The notes: generated by a model not told the origin, from the sequence alone. A stretch of 61,277 bases of DNA from a virus (IMGVR_UViG_3300027533_000023:1-61277), one strand, 5' to 3'; shown: positions 28,825 to 37,576, numbered from the stretch's first letter. Made by a program: numbers and translations.

Positions 28825-29597
28825 TCCTGATATTTATACGTTATATCTACAATTCTTTTACTTTCTGCATCTTGTACTCCTTCGCTGTTTAAACCCTTTT
28901 GTTTATCCCACTCAATCCTGTTTGCTGCCCATTTAAGAAACATCCTATATGCGCTTTTATGCTTCTTAGTCAAATCCGGCCGGTCGTCCATCTCAATAAG
29001 AATTTTTTGGACAAATTTATTAGGGTACTTACTTTTTATTTTTAAAAATTCTTCAATAGTAAAAGAGCTTTTCATTTTATGAACCTCAGGTGCATGAGCT
29101 ACCATCCACTGCTGGTACTTAGAAAAAGCAGCTACATCCTCATCACTAAAAATATTTTCTTTGTTACTCTCTCTATTATTTAATTCGTTATTTGTTTGTA
29201 ATCGTTCTGAAATCGTTCTGAAATCGTTCTGAAATCGTTTGAGGGTCGGTGTTGTATTATAACTATCATAATTACAGACTATTAACCGGGTCGTTTTTTT
29301 TAAGTTTTCTGTTCGAATCATTGAATCATTTTCTAACATTTCAAAAAACCTCTTTACTTTGCCTACATCTACCCGCCACATACGTGCCCAAGTCCACAAA
29401 CTATTTAAACTTTGCCCGCGCTTACAATCCATTAATTCAAAGCCAATAGGCACCTTTCGATCAGAATGATTACATTCCATTAGTATATTTAACCACCACT
29501 TTAATTTAATAGGATCTTGCCATATCCAGTGGTCCTGAATACGCCTATGTAATAAAATAAATCCAGAATCCCGTTTTACTACTTTAGCCTTTGGCAT
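28821..29597 (-). CDS. Replication initiator protein (lambda O-like)
   Basis: GFILLHRRIQDHWIW N-terminus, NYDSY, internal iterons, upstream of dnaB. Confidence 0.85.
   Translation of the reverse strand: MPKAKVVKRDSGFILLHRRIQDHWIWQDPIKLKWWLNILMECNHSDRKVPIGFELMDCKRGQSLNSLWTWARMWRVDVGKVKRFFEMLENDSMIRTENLKKTTRLIVCNYDSYNTTPTLKRFQNDFRTISERLQTNNELNNRESNKENIFSDEDVAAFSKYQQWMVAHAPEVHKMKSSFTIEEFLKIKSKYPNKFVQKILIEMDDRPDLTKKHKSAYRMFLKWAANRIEWDKQKGLNSEGVQDAESKRIVDITYKYQE
29200..29242. repeat. Replication origin iterons: 4 tandem AATCGTTCTGA (last one degenerate)
   Basis: Three perfect 11-mers plus AATCGTTTGA within the initiator gene, next to an AT-rich tract. Confidence 0.85.
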
Positions 29598-29878
29598 GTG
29601 GTTAATGGTAAGAAATTTATGTATTGTTCACGCAGCCAGGTATTTTTACGTAATGAGCGCACTCCTTTCCTACTTATATAAAACCTGTCTTTTATTTTCT
29701 TTAGAACTTCTTGATGACCATATACCATCCTGACTGAAGAAAAATCTCTATCAGATAAACGTTTTAACGGTCTTAGCTGGGTATCGTATAGTGTATATTG
29801 TCTATTAGCTGTTGGAGTTATCGTAATAAATCCTCCGTTTAATAGCTGCTTATAAATATACTTTTGATTAGAGGTCAT
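29579..29878 (-). CDS. Hypothetical protein
   Basis: Basic ORF in replication operon. Confidence 0.55.
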   Translation of the reverse strand: MTSNQKYIYKQLLNGGFITITPTANRQYTLYDTQLRPLKRLSDRDFSSVRMVYGHQEVLKKIKDRFYISRKGVRSLRKNTWLREQYINFLPLTTCQRLK

Positions 29879-29888
29879 ACTGGCGGTA

Positions 29889-30647
29889 TTAAAAAAGTGA
29901 GATTTGAGGTGAGGTTATCCTGCTCCAATGTATTTTAACGTCTACCCGCCCGTTTTCTTTTTTGTACTTCTGGCAAATATCTTCACCCCACATTTTAACC
30001 ATAGCGTCACAGCATAAGTCTTCTTTGCCTAAATCATAAAAAATATCCTTAAGGCCACCCGAATTGCTACCAATAGCTGGAGCGCCGAAAGCATAGAGCG
30101 TAGTACGGACAGATTTTCCGCCATTTTTGATAATTTGCATAACAAAATCTCTATCCTCTTTCCCGTTTACTTCTTGGCGATATCGCAAGCCTCGGGTCTT
30201 ACTATTGTCTACAAAAACTGCAACTTCGCAGTAAGTATTAATCGAAATCGGATTAGTAGCGCTCCAAGCGATTTGTTGGTAATCCAAAGCCCCGATAGCG
30301 GCTCCGTGTTGGCTAAATTGTGATTCTGCTTTACATAGAACACTGATATCCCCTTTGACCATTCTAGCGTCTTCACGGAAATATAACGCAGTAAGGTCAT
30401 CATCAAACATCCAATATTTTTTAATTCCAAGATTTTCAGTATGCTCTTTGATGTGGTTTCTCGCATACGATATCCCTTGGTCGCTTTGTGGCAGCAAAAG
30501 AATATCCAAGTCACCGTAGGCCGAAATATATTTATTGGCCTCTTGGGGCTCCAGAACGATTGTAAAAGGAACCCCCCAATTAATAAGTAACTTAACAAAA
30601 GAACAATTGTTAACACGATTTTTGCTTGGTATAAATATTTTTTCCAT
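29889..30647 (-). CDS. GREB1/TET-associated GT-A glycosyltransferase
   Basis: IFIPSKNR, GISYARN, WMFDDD, KEDRDF, SNSGG motifs; directly downstream of the TET/JBP gene. Confidence 0.85.
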   Translation of the reverse strand: MEKIFIPSKNRVNNCSFVKLLINWGVPFTIVLEPQEANKYISAYGDLDILLLPQSDQGISYARNHIKEHTENLGIKKYWMFDDDLTALYFREDARMVKGDISVLCKAESQFSQHGAAIGALDYQQIAWSATNPISINTYCEVAVFVDNSKTRGLRYRQEVNGKEDRDFVMQIIKNGGKSVRTTLYAFGAPAIGSNSGGLKDIFYDLGKEDLCCDAMVKMWGEDICQKYKKENGRVDVKIHWSRITSPQISLF

Positions 30648-30657
30648 AAATATTATT

Positions 30658-31533
30658 TTATAACCTCATAAAGCCACCCTGGTCACGCTTTACCCTAGCT
30701 AGTTCTTCTGTAGGTGTCCCACACTTCAACATATATTCACGATAATAAAGGACAAAAGCTATACGTAAATCACCACGCTCAACGTCAAAATCTATATAGG
30801 GCGTGTTCCCATGCCACTTATGCACATCAACAAATAGGATATCTGTATTTTGTAAGTCAAACGCGATACGGTACTGTGGTAATGTAAAGTAGCTGCCTTT
30901 CCATGACCCTTCACGATATATAACAAGGTTCCCGAACCCCTGTGGTAAATCACCGCTATCCTTATGTACTGCGGTAACAAAGTTACGGTTAACGGTTACG
31001 GTTGTAAAGCTGGTATCTGCAATACGGAAGTTCTGGTTCGTAGCGTTAGCGAAGTTCTTTTGTATCTTGTAGTACTCAGGACATAGTTCCTGGTACCATT
31101 TATCAACCTCTTCCACAAACGGTATACCGGCTGTAAATTTATCAAAATAGTCACGAGCGAAGGCCGTTTTCCTACAATAACGAATCATTGCTGAAGGATC
31201 CATAAACCCTACGTTGCCGCTTTGCACAAATTCACCAACAGTGGTGTTAGCAACAGAACCATCAGAACGTATGCGTTTGCGGCTTGCCCCACTAGCCGCA
31301 CCCCGACCTTCAGTCCATTGGATGCTATCTTTAAAACTTTCATAGCCGAGCTTTAATTTATCAATCGGGAAAATACCTTTACGGAATTTAGCCATTAACA
31401 CACCCGCCGTATCGTATACGTCAACATCTTCTGTAAACAAGCGGTCGTAAGAATCTTCACTCAAAAAGGAGATTTTGAGAGACTCCGCCTGTTGATCTGT
31501 CATTTGTTTTTTTGCGATTACTTTTTCTATCAT
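30658..31533 (-). CDS. TET/JBP-family 2OG-Fe(II) dioxygenase
   Basis: FTTVTVNRN...TAVHKDSGD (HxD)...DVHKWHGNT (H)...RIAFVLYYRE (R). Confidence 0.9.
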   Translation of the reverse strand: MIEKVIAKKQMTDQQAESLKISFLSEDSYDRLFTEDVDVYDTAGVLMAKFRKGIFPIDKLKLGYESFKDSIQWTEGRGAASGASRKRIRSDGSVANTTVGEFVQSGNVGFMDPSAMIRYCRKTAFARDYFDKFTAGIPFVEEVDKWYQELCPEYYKIQKNFANATNQNFRIADTSFTTVTVNRNFVTAVHKDSGDLPQGFGNLVIYREGSWKGSYFTLPQYRIAFDLQNTDILFVDVHKWHGNTPYIDFDVERGDLRIAFVLYYREYMLKCGTPTEELARVKRDQGGFMRL

Positions 31534-31993
31534 ACGGCATATTATTAAACGGTTCTATTTTTTGAGGACTATCTTCAGGCCTTACAACAGCTTCGCCAGT
31601 AACCAAACACACATCCAAACAATTAATGCATATAGGGTAAGTACAATGTGCGCATTCTGGAGGTAAGTTAGAAGCGGTAAAGTCGTTTGCGCAAATATCA
31701 TTATTAAGTTCATCGACATGAACTTCGGCAAGAATATCGTGCGCTTGATCAACGGTAATTGGTATTGTCTCAGCTTTAATGGTTGAAAAACTATTACGAA
31801 GCAAATCTAACAACATATCACTGATATTACCTTTTTCTGGAGCTTCATTCCCGTAAATGCTGATCATAGCCTTTTTACTTAGTTTCTTAAATTCTTCACA
31901 ATCTGGTTTGCTAAAGTATAGTAATATTTGCCGAATTTCTGTATCGTCAACGCCTTCAGTGTTTTTTTCAAAATCATAATCAAATAACTGCAC
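31457..31993 (-). CDS. TET-operon upstream protein with Cys cluster
   Basis: Overlaps the TET start; IRQILLYF strand plus helices; CAHC...CINC...C. Confidence 0.55.
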   Translation of the reverse strand: MQLFDYDFEKNTEGVDDTEIRQILLYFSKPDCEEFKKLSKKAMISIYGNEAPEKGNISDMLLDLLRNSFSTIKAETIPITVDQAHDILAEVHVDELNNDICANDFTASNLPPECAHCTYPICINCLDVCLVTGEAVVRPEDSPQKIEPFNNMPYDRKSNRKKTNDRSTGGVSQNLLFE

Positions 31994-32408
31994 AACCGTT
32001 CTTTTTTATAGGGTTATCAAATATTATTTCAAATATTATACTGCCATCCTCATAAGTATCCTTAGTTCTCTTAATTGCGTAGCTTTCTTTTATTTTTGCT
32101 GCGCTCTTAGCTAATAGCATAGTATTTAGGGCAGCACTAAAAATATGAAAGCCAGCATTTTTCCTTGTGGTATGTGCTCGGCGTAAAGGGAAACCAGTAG
32201 GTAAAGAGTTTACAAAAAAATACCACCTATCCTTGTCTGTAAAGAAGTGGGCATATACATCTTCCGTGAGATGCATCTCCAAGGCTGCTGGGTAGTTAAG
32301 AAATAAAATTGCGTAGTCTCTGAAAACTAAAAGTGGTTTGTTTGATTTTTGTCGGTAGGCAATTACCTCGCTGTTATTGCGGTTGATAAGTTCTAAAATC
32401 CTAGTCAT
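31980..32408 (-). CDS. Hypothetical protein
   Basis: Operon position. Confidence 0.55.
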   Translation of the reverse strand: MTRILELINRNNSEVIAYRQKSNKPLLVFRDYAILFLNYPAALEMHLTEDVYAHFFTDKDRWYFFVNSLPTGFPLRRAHTTRKNAGFHIFSAALNTMLLAKSAAKIKESYAIKRTKDTYEDGSIIFEIIFDNPIKKNGCAVI

Positions 32409-32429
32409 ATATAAAGGTCTACTTGGTTA

Positions 32430-32759
32430 CTAGCTTCGTAATTCTCTCAGGTCAATAAAACTTTCTAAATGTGGGTAGTCACGAACAAACAACCGGGCGT
32501 ATCTGGATCCAAAGGCATCGTTGATCTTAAAAGTCTTCAGAGGAAGTGTGGGAGTATCTAAAGGGTTCGGGTCGTATGTCTTCAGGTAGATTTCCCACCT
32601 GATAACATTCATAATAAGTTTAAAAGATACTTTCTTTTTGCCAATCTTAATAGCTTTGAAGGCAAGTTTTTTAAACCATACGTAAACTTCTGGGTTAACA
32701 GTGTGGTATTCAAGAAAGGCGTCCTGAATACTTTTGCCGGTTGCTGCGTGGTAGTTCAT
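32430..32759 (-). CDS. Phage hypothetical protein
   Basis: FLEYHTVNPEVY...IRWE...FKIND...YARLF pattern seen in phage small proteins. Confidence 0.65.
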   Translation of the reverse strand: MNYHAATGKSIQDAFLEYHTVNPEVYVWFKKLAFKAIKIGKKKVSFKLIMNVIRWEIYLKTYDPNPLDTPTLPLKTFKINDAFGSRYARLFVRDYPHLESFIDLRELRS

Positions 32760-32765
32760 AGAAAA

Positions 32766-33059
32766 TTAGTTTATTTCTGTACCAGCTTTCCAAATCTTAT
32801 ATCCATCTTGATTAATATAATTATCAGGCACTTCTACCCATTTCCATTCTATTCCATCTCTGTGCTTAGCAGGTTTTTCACTTCCCCTTGTTACGCAATA
32901 GTATGCTTCGGTAAAAGCATATACTGGAATAGAAGTATGCCCTGTGTGGTAACGATAATAGTTTACATCTGCTAAATCAAGTGATAAGTGCGCAGCTAAT
33001 GCATCTCTCCGGCTTTTTATATTTTTCGAAACTAGCATAGATAAAAGTTTATTTAGCAT
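32766..33059 (-). CDS. Hypothetical protein
   Basis: Operon position. Confidence 0.55.
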   Translation of the reverse strand: MLNKLLSMLVSKNIKSRRDALAAHLSLDLADVNYYRYHTGHTSIPVYAFTEAYYCVTRGSEKPAKHRDGIEWKWVEVPDNYINQDGYKIWKAGTEIN

Positions 33060-33297
33060 TTTTAATAAGCTCGTCTACCCCTAATTTCCACGCATCTTCA
33101 TAGCTTAAATTCAGTTTATTAGACGCGTTCTTAGATAATTTTTCGTACGTCCATCTATCCCAATATTTAGCACCTACCTCAATATTAAACATCTCGATTT
33201 TATAGCTAATTTCATCGTGCTGTTTCCAATCAAAAGGTGTATCTGCATTCTTACCTACTTCTAAATTTCTTTTAAGACTTGCTGCTGACTGTTTCAT
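33049..33297 (-). CDS. Hypothetical protein
   Basis: First ORF after promoter motif. Confidence 0.6.
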   Translation of the reverse strand: MKQSAASLKRNLEVGKNADTPFDWKQHDEISYKIEMFNIEVGAKYWDRWTYEKLSKNASNKLNLSYEDAWKLGVDELIKNAK

Positions 33298-33311
33298 GTT
33301 ATAAGTTTTTG

Positions 33312-33344
33312 TAAACTTACTATAATTAATTATACTAACCTAAT
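33312..33344 (-). promoter_or_regulatory. Phage promoter ATTAGGTTAGTATA-N11-TAAGTTTA
   Basis: Repeated motif with fixed spacing. Confidence 0.75.
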
Positions 33345-33356
33345 ATTTTATAATAA

Positions 33357-33758
33357 TTATTTTTCGCGCTTATAATTTATCTCGTGTTTGCTTTTCTTAA
33401 AGCCTAATTTCTTTGCCCACGTTGGGTTATCCTCTATATAGGTATTGCAAGGGTTACAGGCTCTAATCATCTTCTTTTTATCGGTGTAGTTCTTGCCTAT
33501 TCTCCCAACAATATGGTGAGGATACGTAGGTCTGTTAACGCATACAGGACTTTTGATCTGGCAGTCATCCTCTTTACTCTTAAGTTCTTTACTTACTTTT
33601 TTATAGACCTTTTTTTCTGCTTTACGTGTAGTGCTCTCTTTAGGTATCCGATATGGCTTTTCTTCTTCTTCGGGTTTATCCTTGTCTCCTGAGTGTAGCC
33701 TGCGGCAGAACCGGCCAAAGTTTGGACAGTCTGAATATGGGCACTTTAGATAGCTCAT
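33357..33758 (-). CDS. HNH-like endonuclease
   Basis: CQIKSPVC...HHIVGR...CNPCN beta-beta-alpha-metal pattern. Confidence 0.7.
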   Translation of the reverse strand: MSYLKCPYSDCPNFGRFCRRLHSGDKDKPEEEEKPYRIPKESTTRKAEKKVYKKVSKELKSKEDDCQIKSPVCVNRPTYPHHIVGRIGKNYTDKKKMIRACNPCNTYIEDNPTWAKKLGFKKSKHEINYKREK

Positions 33759-33955
33759 TTTTTAGGTAGGAGATTAAAGGCTTGGCGTAATTTATTTGCA
33801 TCATTATAAAGCTCTCTCGCCCTAGTTTCGTGCTTTAAAGCCTCATCGACCTTATCGTCAATCAACTTTTGGGTTATATCCCGTATTTTACTAACAATAT
33901 TATCCAGATTGTGAAGGTCTACTGCGTTTTTGATTTCCTTTATAGTTTTTGCCAT
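33755..33955 (-). CDS. Hypothetical protein
   Basis: Coupled ORF. Confidence 0.55.
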   Translation of the reverse strand: MAKTIKEIKNAVDLHNLDNIVSKIRDITQKLIDDKVDEALKHETRARELYNDANKLRQAFNLLPKK

Positions 33956-34368
33956 TACTGTACTGAATTATGGTAGTTAATAGTTCGCATTTCTTCTTTT
34001 AGAGCACTTATACAGGTACGTAAAGTATCTAACGTGTGAACGATTGTGCGGCTGGTTCTCTCGCAGATGTCATAGGCGTAGTGTTCCTCCTTACAAAGCG
34101 CGTTCACATAGTCCTTAGCCAGGCTAGGGCTAAAGTACTTCTGCTCTCCATAAAGCCTGACCATCTTCTCGTAGGCTTTTACTTTAGCGTCATTTAATTG
34201 AGCCTTCGCCACCGCCATCTGCGAGTTGACGAAGGCTAATAACTGACATAATTTACCTACTTGGTCTATAAGCCAGGGGATGCTCTGGCTGTTTACATAG
34301 CCGTCAGCTGAGTTTTCAAGGAAATTACTTGCCTGTTCTATTCGTGTTATTTGTAGTTCAAGTTTCAC
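33955..34368 (-). CDS. Helical protein, possible recombination mediator
   Basis: Coiled coil with LRTCISALKEE C-terminus; near the SSB-like gene. Confidence 0.45.
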   Translation of the reverse strand: MKLELQITRIEQASNFLENSADGYVNSQSIPWLIDQVGKLCQLLAFVNSQMAVAKAQLNDAKVKAYEKMVRLYGEQKYFSPSLAKDYVNALCKEEHYAYDICERTSRTIVHTLDTLRTCISALKEEMRTINYHNSVQ

Positions 34369-34619
34369 GCTAATTCCATTAAAGGTTCTGGATACATTAA
34401 TGGTATCCCACCCACGTTAGGTATATCTGCCGGCATCTGCCTAGCCGCCTCTTCGATAATAGTTAACCACATCTGTCCACCTAAAATATCTTTTATTGCT
34501 AATCCGTAATTACGGGCAGCTTCAGTTAGTACATAGTATTCTAACTTGAACTTAGGTGTTAAACATGCTTTACAGCGGCTAGTATATTCATCTTGAATTT
34601 GTTCTATATTCAGGCTCAT
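34365..34619 (-). CDS. Hypothetical protein
   Basis: Coupled ORF. Confidence 0.55.
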   Translation of the reverse strand: MSLNIEQIQDEYTSRCKACLTPKFKLEYYVLTEAARNYGLAIKDILGGQMWLTIIEEAARQMPADIPNVGGIPLMYPEPLMELA

Positions 34620-34620
34620 A

Positions 34621-35271
34621 TTATGAAGGTTTTTTAGCTTTAAAACTTACGGCTACAAAGTTCGTTGTAGGTGCTGAAACACATTCTACCAGTACATCAC
34701 CAGTCTCTTTTTCAATTACTGGTCCACCTGCTCTTACTGCAGCTTGTATTTTTTTCTCCTGATCCTTAATCCTGTCTAATGTAGACTTAATGCTGTCGTT
34801 AAGAGCTTGCCAAGTCGGATCTTCAGCGTACATATACTTCTTACGGTAACCGGCAGTAATAGTAGCACCCATGATCTTCGCCCCTTCCTTCCCGTATTTA
34901 GCTACCTCATTTTCAACCATCAGTTTTACATTTGGGTCTTTAGCCGCCACAGTAAGAGCTTGCTCCAGTAGTTTCTTTTTAACCATAAATACTAACGGAT
35001 CTACTTCTCCGTTCATAATATTCGTGATCAGCCGTTGTGCCAGCTGGAAGGCGGTATTATCCACCAACTCCAGACTCTCCCCTCCGAGGTTCATAAGGGT
35101 TCCGGTTTCTTCCGGCTTAATCGTATTCAGGTCGATAACTGGGAGTAGATTAGATTTCTCAAAAGCCTCATACATTTCCTGCTGTTCTTCATTCATTTTT
35201 CGGATAGCAGCCTCATCTATCATAGGCTCCATCTGCCTCATTTCTTCAAAAATTTCTTTATTGCGTTTCAT
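34621..35271 (-). CDS. Hypothetical early protein
   Basis: 216 aa ORF in recombination region. Confidence 0.6.
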   Translation of the reverse strand: MKRNKEIFEEMRQMEPMIDEAAIRKMNEEQQEMYEAFEKSNLLPVIDLNTIKPEETGTLMNLGGESLELVDNTAFQLAQRLITNIMNGEVDPLVFMVKKKLLEQALTVAAKDPNVKLMVENEVAKYGKEGAKIMGATITAGYRKKYMYAEDPTWQALNDSIKSTLDRIKDQEKKIQAAVRAGGPVIEKETGDVLVECVSAPTTNFVAVSFKAKKPS

Positions 35272-35280
35272 AAAATATTT

Positions 35281-35520
35281 TTAATATATATACTGAAAAT
35301 ACTCACTTGCCTGTGAGGCTGTTATAGAAAATTTATACTTACCATTTTCAAAATCTTTATTTTGCTTATCAGTCATCCAGTCAAAATCCTTCCCATCAGC
35401 TCTACGGCTCATCGTTCTCTTTCTTTCACCATTTATAATATGCCAAACTGTATATCCATTACAATTAGATAAATCGTTAGCGTGAATCTCAATCTGTAAA
35501 TTTTTATTAGGATTAAACAT
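35281..35520 (-). CDS. Hypothetical protein
   Basis: First ORF after promoter motif, AAACCTTTTAT-ATG start context. Confidence 0.6.
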   Translation of the reverse strand: MFNPNKNLQIEIHANDLSNCNGYTVWHIINGERKRTMSRRADGKDFDWMTDKQNKDFENGKYKFSITASQASEYFQYIY

Positions 35521-35537
35521 ATAAAAGGTTTGAAATG

Positions 35538-35570
35538 CTAAGTTATACTAATTTTATATACTAACCTAAT
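35538..35570 (-). promoter_or_regulatory. Phage promoter ATTAGGTTAGTATA-N11-TAACTTAG
   Basis: Repeated motif with fixed spacing. Confidence 0.75.
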
Positions 35571-35600
35571 TTATTATAATCTTTTTTTAAAATAGTTTAG

Positions 35601-35633
35601 AAAAAACTGGCAACCTGTAGAAACAGTTACCAG
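35601..35633 (-). terminator. Intrinsic terminator with TTCT loop
   Basis: CTGGTAACTGT-TTCT-ACAGGTTGCCAG-T6. Confidence 0.8.
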
Positions 35634-35682
35634 ACCTTAAACCTTATCCTATGAAAGCTATCCTTTCGGAATTAGCTAGTTT

Positions 35683-35788
35683 AGCTGCTGCCGGGTGGAG
35701 GGAGTGCTTAAGCGCCCAAGGCATACTCTAACACCAGTCACCATTTGCCCGGTACTAACCCCCTTGGTGTCGACCACCCGCAGCAGCT
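35683..35788 (-). ncRNA. Putative structured RNA downstream of the SSB-like gene
   Basis: GC-rich island closed by AGCTGCTGCGGGTGG/CCACCCGGCAGCAGCT, with inner helices; strand not certain. Confidence 0.55.
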
Positions 35789-36417
35789 TAGAACGGCAGA
35801 TCATCAACAACTTCTGCGTCCGGTATATGTTCCTGAATATTAGTATTATTAGGTTCCATCATCTTCTGGTATTCTGGACTGCTCTTTATATCATTCTGGA
35901 TAAAATCAGGCAATCTATCAAACACCTGCTGGTTCCAGTTATCAAACTCTAACCTTAAGATTGGATTAATCTGCTTTGGTGCTTCATAACCTTTCATTAA
36001 GGTAGTGATACCAGCAATACGCTCATACATTTTACTTCCGTCTTTACTCGGCTTGTGGAGAATATTTAGCATACAAGGAACTCCAAGAAGATTTGTAATA
36101 TCGAAGTTTTTTGCTTCCTCTTCAGTAAAGGCTTTACCTCTCCAGCTCTCCAGGTCTTTCCTTAGGTTAGCTTTTTCATGGAGTGATAGCGTATAGGTTT
36201 TACTGATCACCATCGGTTCCTCTCCCCTTTCTTCTTTAAATACTCTTAGTTCTGTTGGTAGCTCCCAACCCAACCGTACCTTATACTGAAGTTTAGGCTC
36301 TCCCTTGTATTCCTCTTTAACAGTTCCGATTTCGATCATCTGGAAACATCGGGCTACATAATTCCCGGCAGGTATTAACTCGCGCGGGGTGCTGTTTGTC
36401 TTTGAAGTAATTGCCAT
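35788..36417 (-). CDS. Single-stranded DNA-binding protein-like
   Basis: IPAGNYVARC OB-like start; acidic DDLPF C-terminus. Confidence 0.7.
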   Translation of the reverse strand: MAITSKTNSTPRELIPAGNYVARCFQMIEIGTVKEEYKGEPKLQYKVRLGWELPTELRVFKEERGEEPMVISKTYTLSLHEKANLRKDLESWRGKAFTEEEAKNFDITNLLGVPCMLNILHKPSKDGSKMYERIAGITTLMKGYEAPKQINPILRLEFDNWNQQVFDRLPDFIQNDIKSSPEYQKMMEPNNTNIQEHIPDAEVVDDLPF

Positions 36418-36429
36418 TTTATTTAAAGT

Positions 36430-36708
36430 TTAATAGTGTATCTGTCGTCTGTATAGCTCCCGTTCCTGCTTAGCGATCACAGCACCCAGGCTGGCCACAT
36501 ACCTGTCGCCGAAGTAAGCATCACCAAATCTTTCTTCATATTCCTCAGCCAGTACTGCGTACTGGTAAAGCCTATCTACATCAGTAGTACTTTCGATCAG
36601 GCTGCGTAGCTGGTCGTATCTTCTTTGGGCATGTGTCTTGCTGGCTACTTTCTTCCACATATAGTGGTAGTAGATCCGTCTGTATAGATTAAGAGTAAAT
36701 GTTCTCAT
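36430..36708 (-). CDS. Hypothetical protein
   Basis: Operon position. Confidence 0.55.
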   Translation of the reverse strand: MRTFTLNLYRRIYYHYMWKKVASKTHAQRRYDQLRSLIESTTDVDRLYQYAVLAEEYEERFGDAYFGDRYVASLGAVIAKQERELYRRQIHY

Positions 36709-36824
36709 CTTTAGTCCAGTATTTAGGTATGTTTTTAATGCGGGTGCGAAAGATAATAGCGATAACGAGTACCGCTACTAATACAGCAGATCCAATAAAT
36801 AATTCTATCATAGGTTTATAGTTT

Positions 36825-37046
36825 TTAAACAGTTTCTTTTTCTCCCAGCAGGATTTGACCTTCTGTTAACCCGCTTTCTTCACTGATAATCTTTACAGCG
36901 TCTGGTGTAGTAAGGCGAACATCTACAGGAGTTTTACCTAACCAAAGAGCAAGCGTCTGGCTACTCTTATCGAATTTCAACATAAGCCGAGCGAGTATGC
37001 GGTTGTTACCCTTAATAGCCGCGACAGCTTTTCTACTAATAGTCAT
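36825..37046 (-). CDS. Cro-like HTH regulator (putative)
   Basis: 73 aa; LARLMLKFDKSSQTLALWL HTH-like; own promoter with TATATTTG. Confidence 0.55.
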   Translation of the reverse strand: MTISRKAVAAIKGNNRILARLMLKFDKSSQTLALWLGKTPVDVRLTTPDAVKIISEESGLTEGQILLGEKETV

Positions 37047-37077
37047 AATTTCAATTTTTAGAGTACTTTATATTAAG

Positions 37078-37110
37078 CAAATATAATATTATTTATTAGT
37101 ATAAGCTAAT
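37078..37110 (-). promoter_or_regulatory. Promoter: degenerate ATTAGCTTATACTA-N11-TATATTTG
   Basis: Perfect Bacteroidota -7 box at the same spacing as the other copies. Confidence 0.65.
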
Positions 37111-37123
37111 TTTTTATATTCTT

Positions 37124-37315
37124 TTAATGTTCATACTGTTGTATATAATCGGTTAATGAACTTTGTGGTGCTTGCAAATAAGTTTGAATAATTCCATTTA
37201 TTTCGACTTGAATATCTTTTTTAGTCGGATCAACGATTGAGCCAACAGCAATTAAATAAGCCTTAATTCCCTGAACCTGAGCTTTGCTTAATTCGATAGT
37301 AATTTTCATGATCAA
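37124..37315 (-). CDS. Hypothetical protein
   Basis: Early operon. Confidence 0.55.
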   Translation of the reverse strand: MIMKITIELSKAQVQGIKAYLIAVGSIVDPTKKDIQVEINGIIQTYLQAPQSSLTDYIQQYEH

Positions 37316-37569
37316 AGATTTTCAAATTGTTTAAGAATTTCCTCTGCACTTAGCTGACGGGTTGGAAAGTAGAACTGCACATCAGGCTCAGGGTCAGTAG
37401 TAGGATTATAGACTACCAGGAACGGAGTGCCGCCTTTGCTCTTTCTACGCATCTCCCATTCTACACCACGTATATTTGCTTGGAAAGAATTTACTATATA
37501 AGATTCACGTAGAATCTTTTTATTTAGCTCTATGGCTTTACGGCGGTTATCGTTAGTTAGATTTTCCAT
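37312..37569 (-). CDS. Hypothetical protein
   Basis: Early operon. Confidence 0.55.
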   Translation of the reverse strand: MENLTNDNRRKAIELNKKILRESYIVNSFQANIRGVEWEMRRKSKGGTPFLVVYNPTTDPEPDVQFYFPTRQLSAEEILKQFENL

Positions 37570-37576
37570 TATTAAG

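Noticed and set aside
30209-30616. 135-aa alternative-frame ORF within the GREB1-type GT
   Set aside because: Fully nested, no motif or slippery site seen; probably incidental
34871-35284. Antisense ORFs in the track (e.g. 34871..35284, 16864..17256, 60301..60624, 20156..20428)
   Set aside because: Shadows of well-supported genes on the opposite strand, with no recognisable motifs
35683-35788. tRNA or twister ribozyme
   Set aside because: No T-loop or cloverleaf. The + strand has twister-like TAACACC/GGTGGAGG, but the conserved L4 loop and pseudoknot partners are not in the right place
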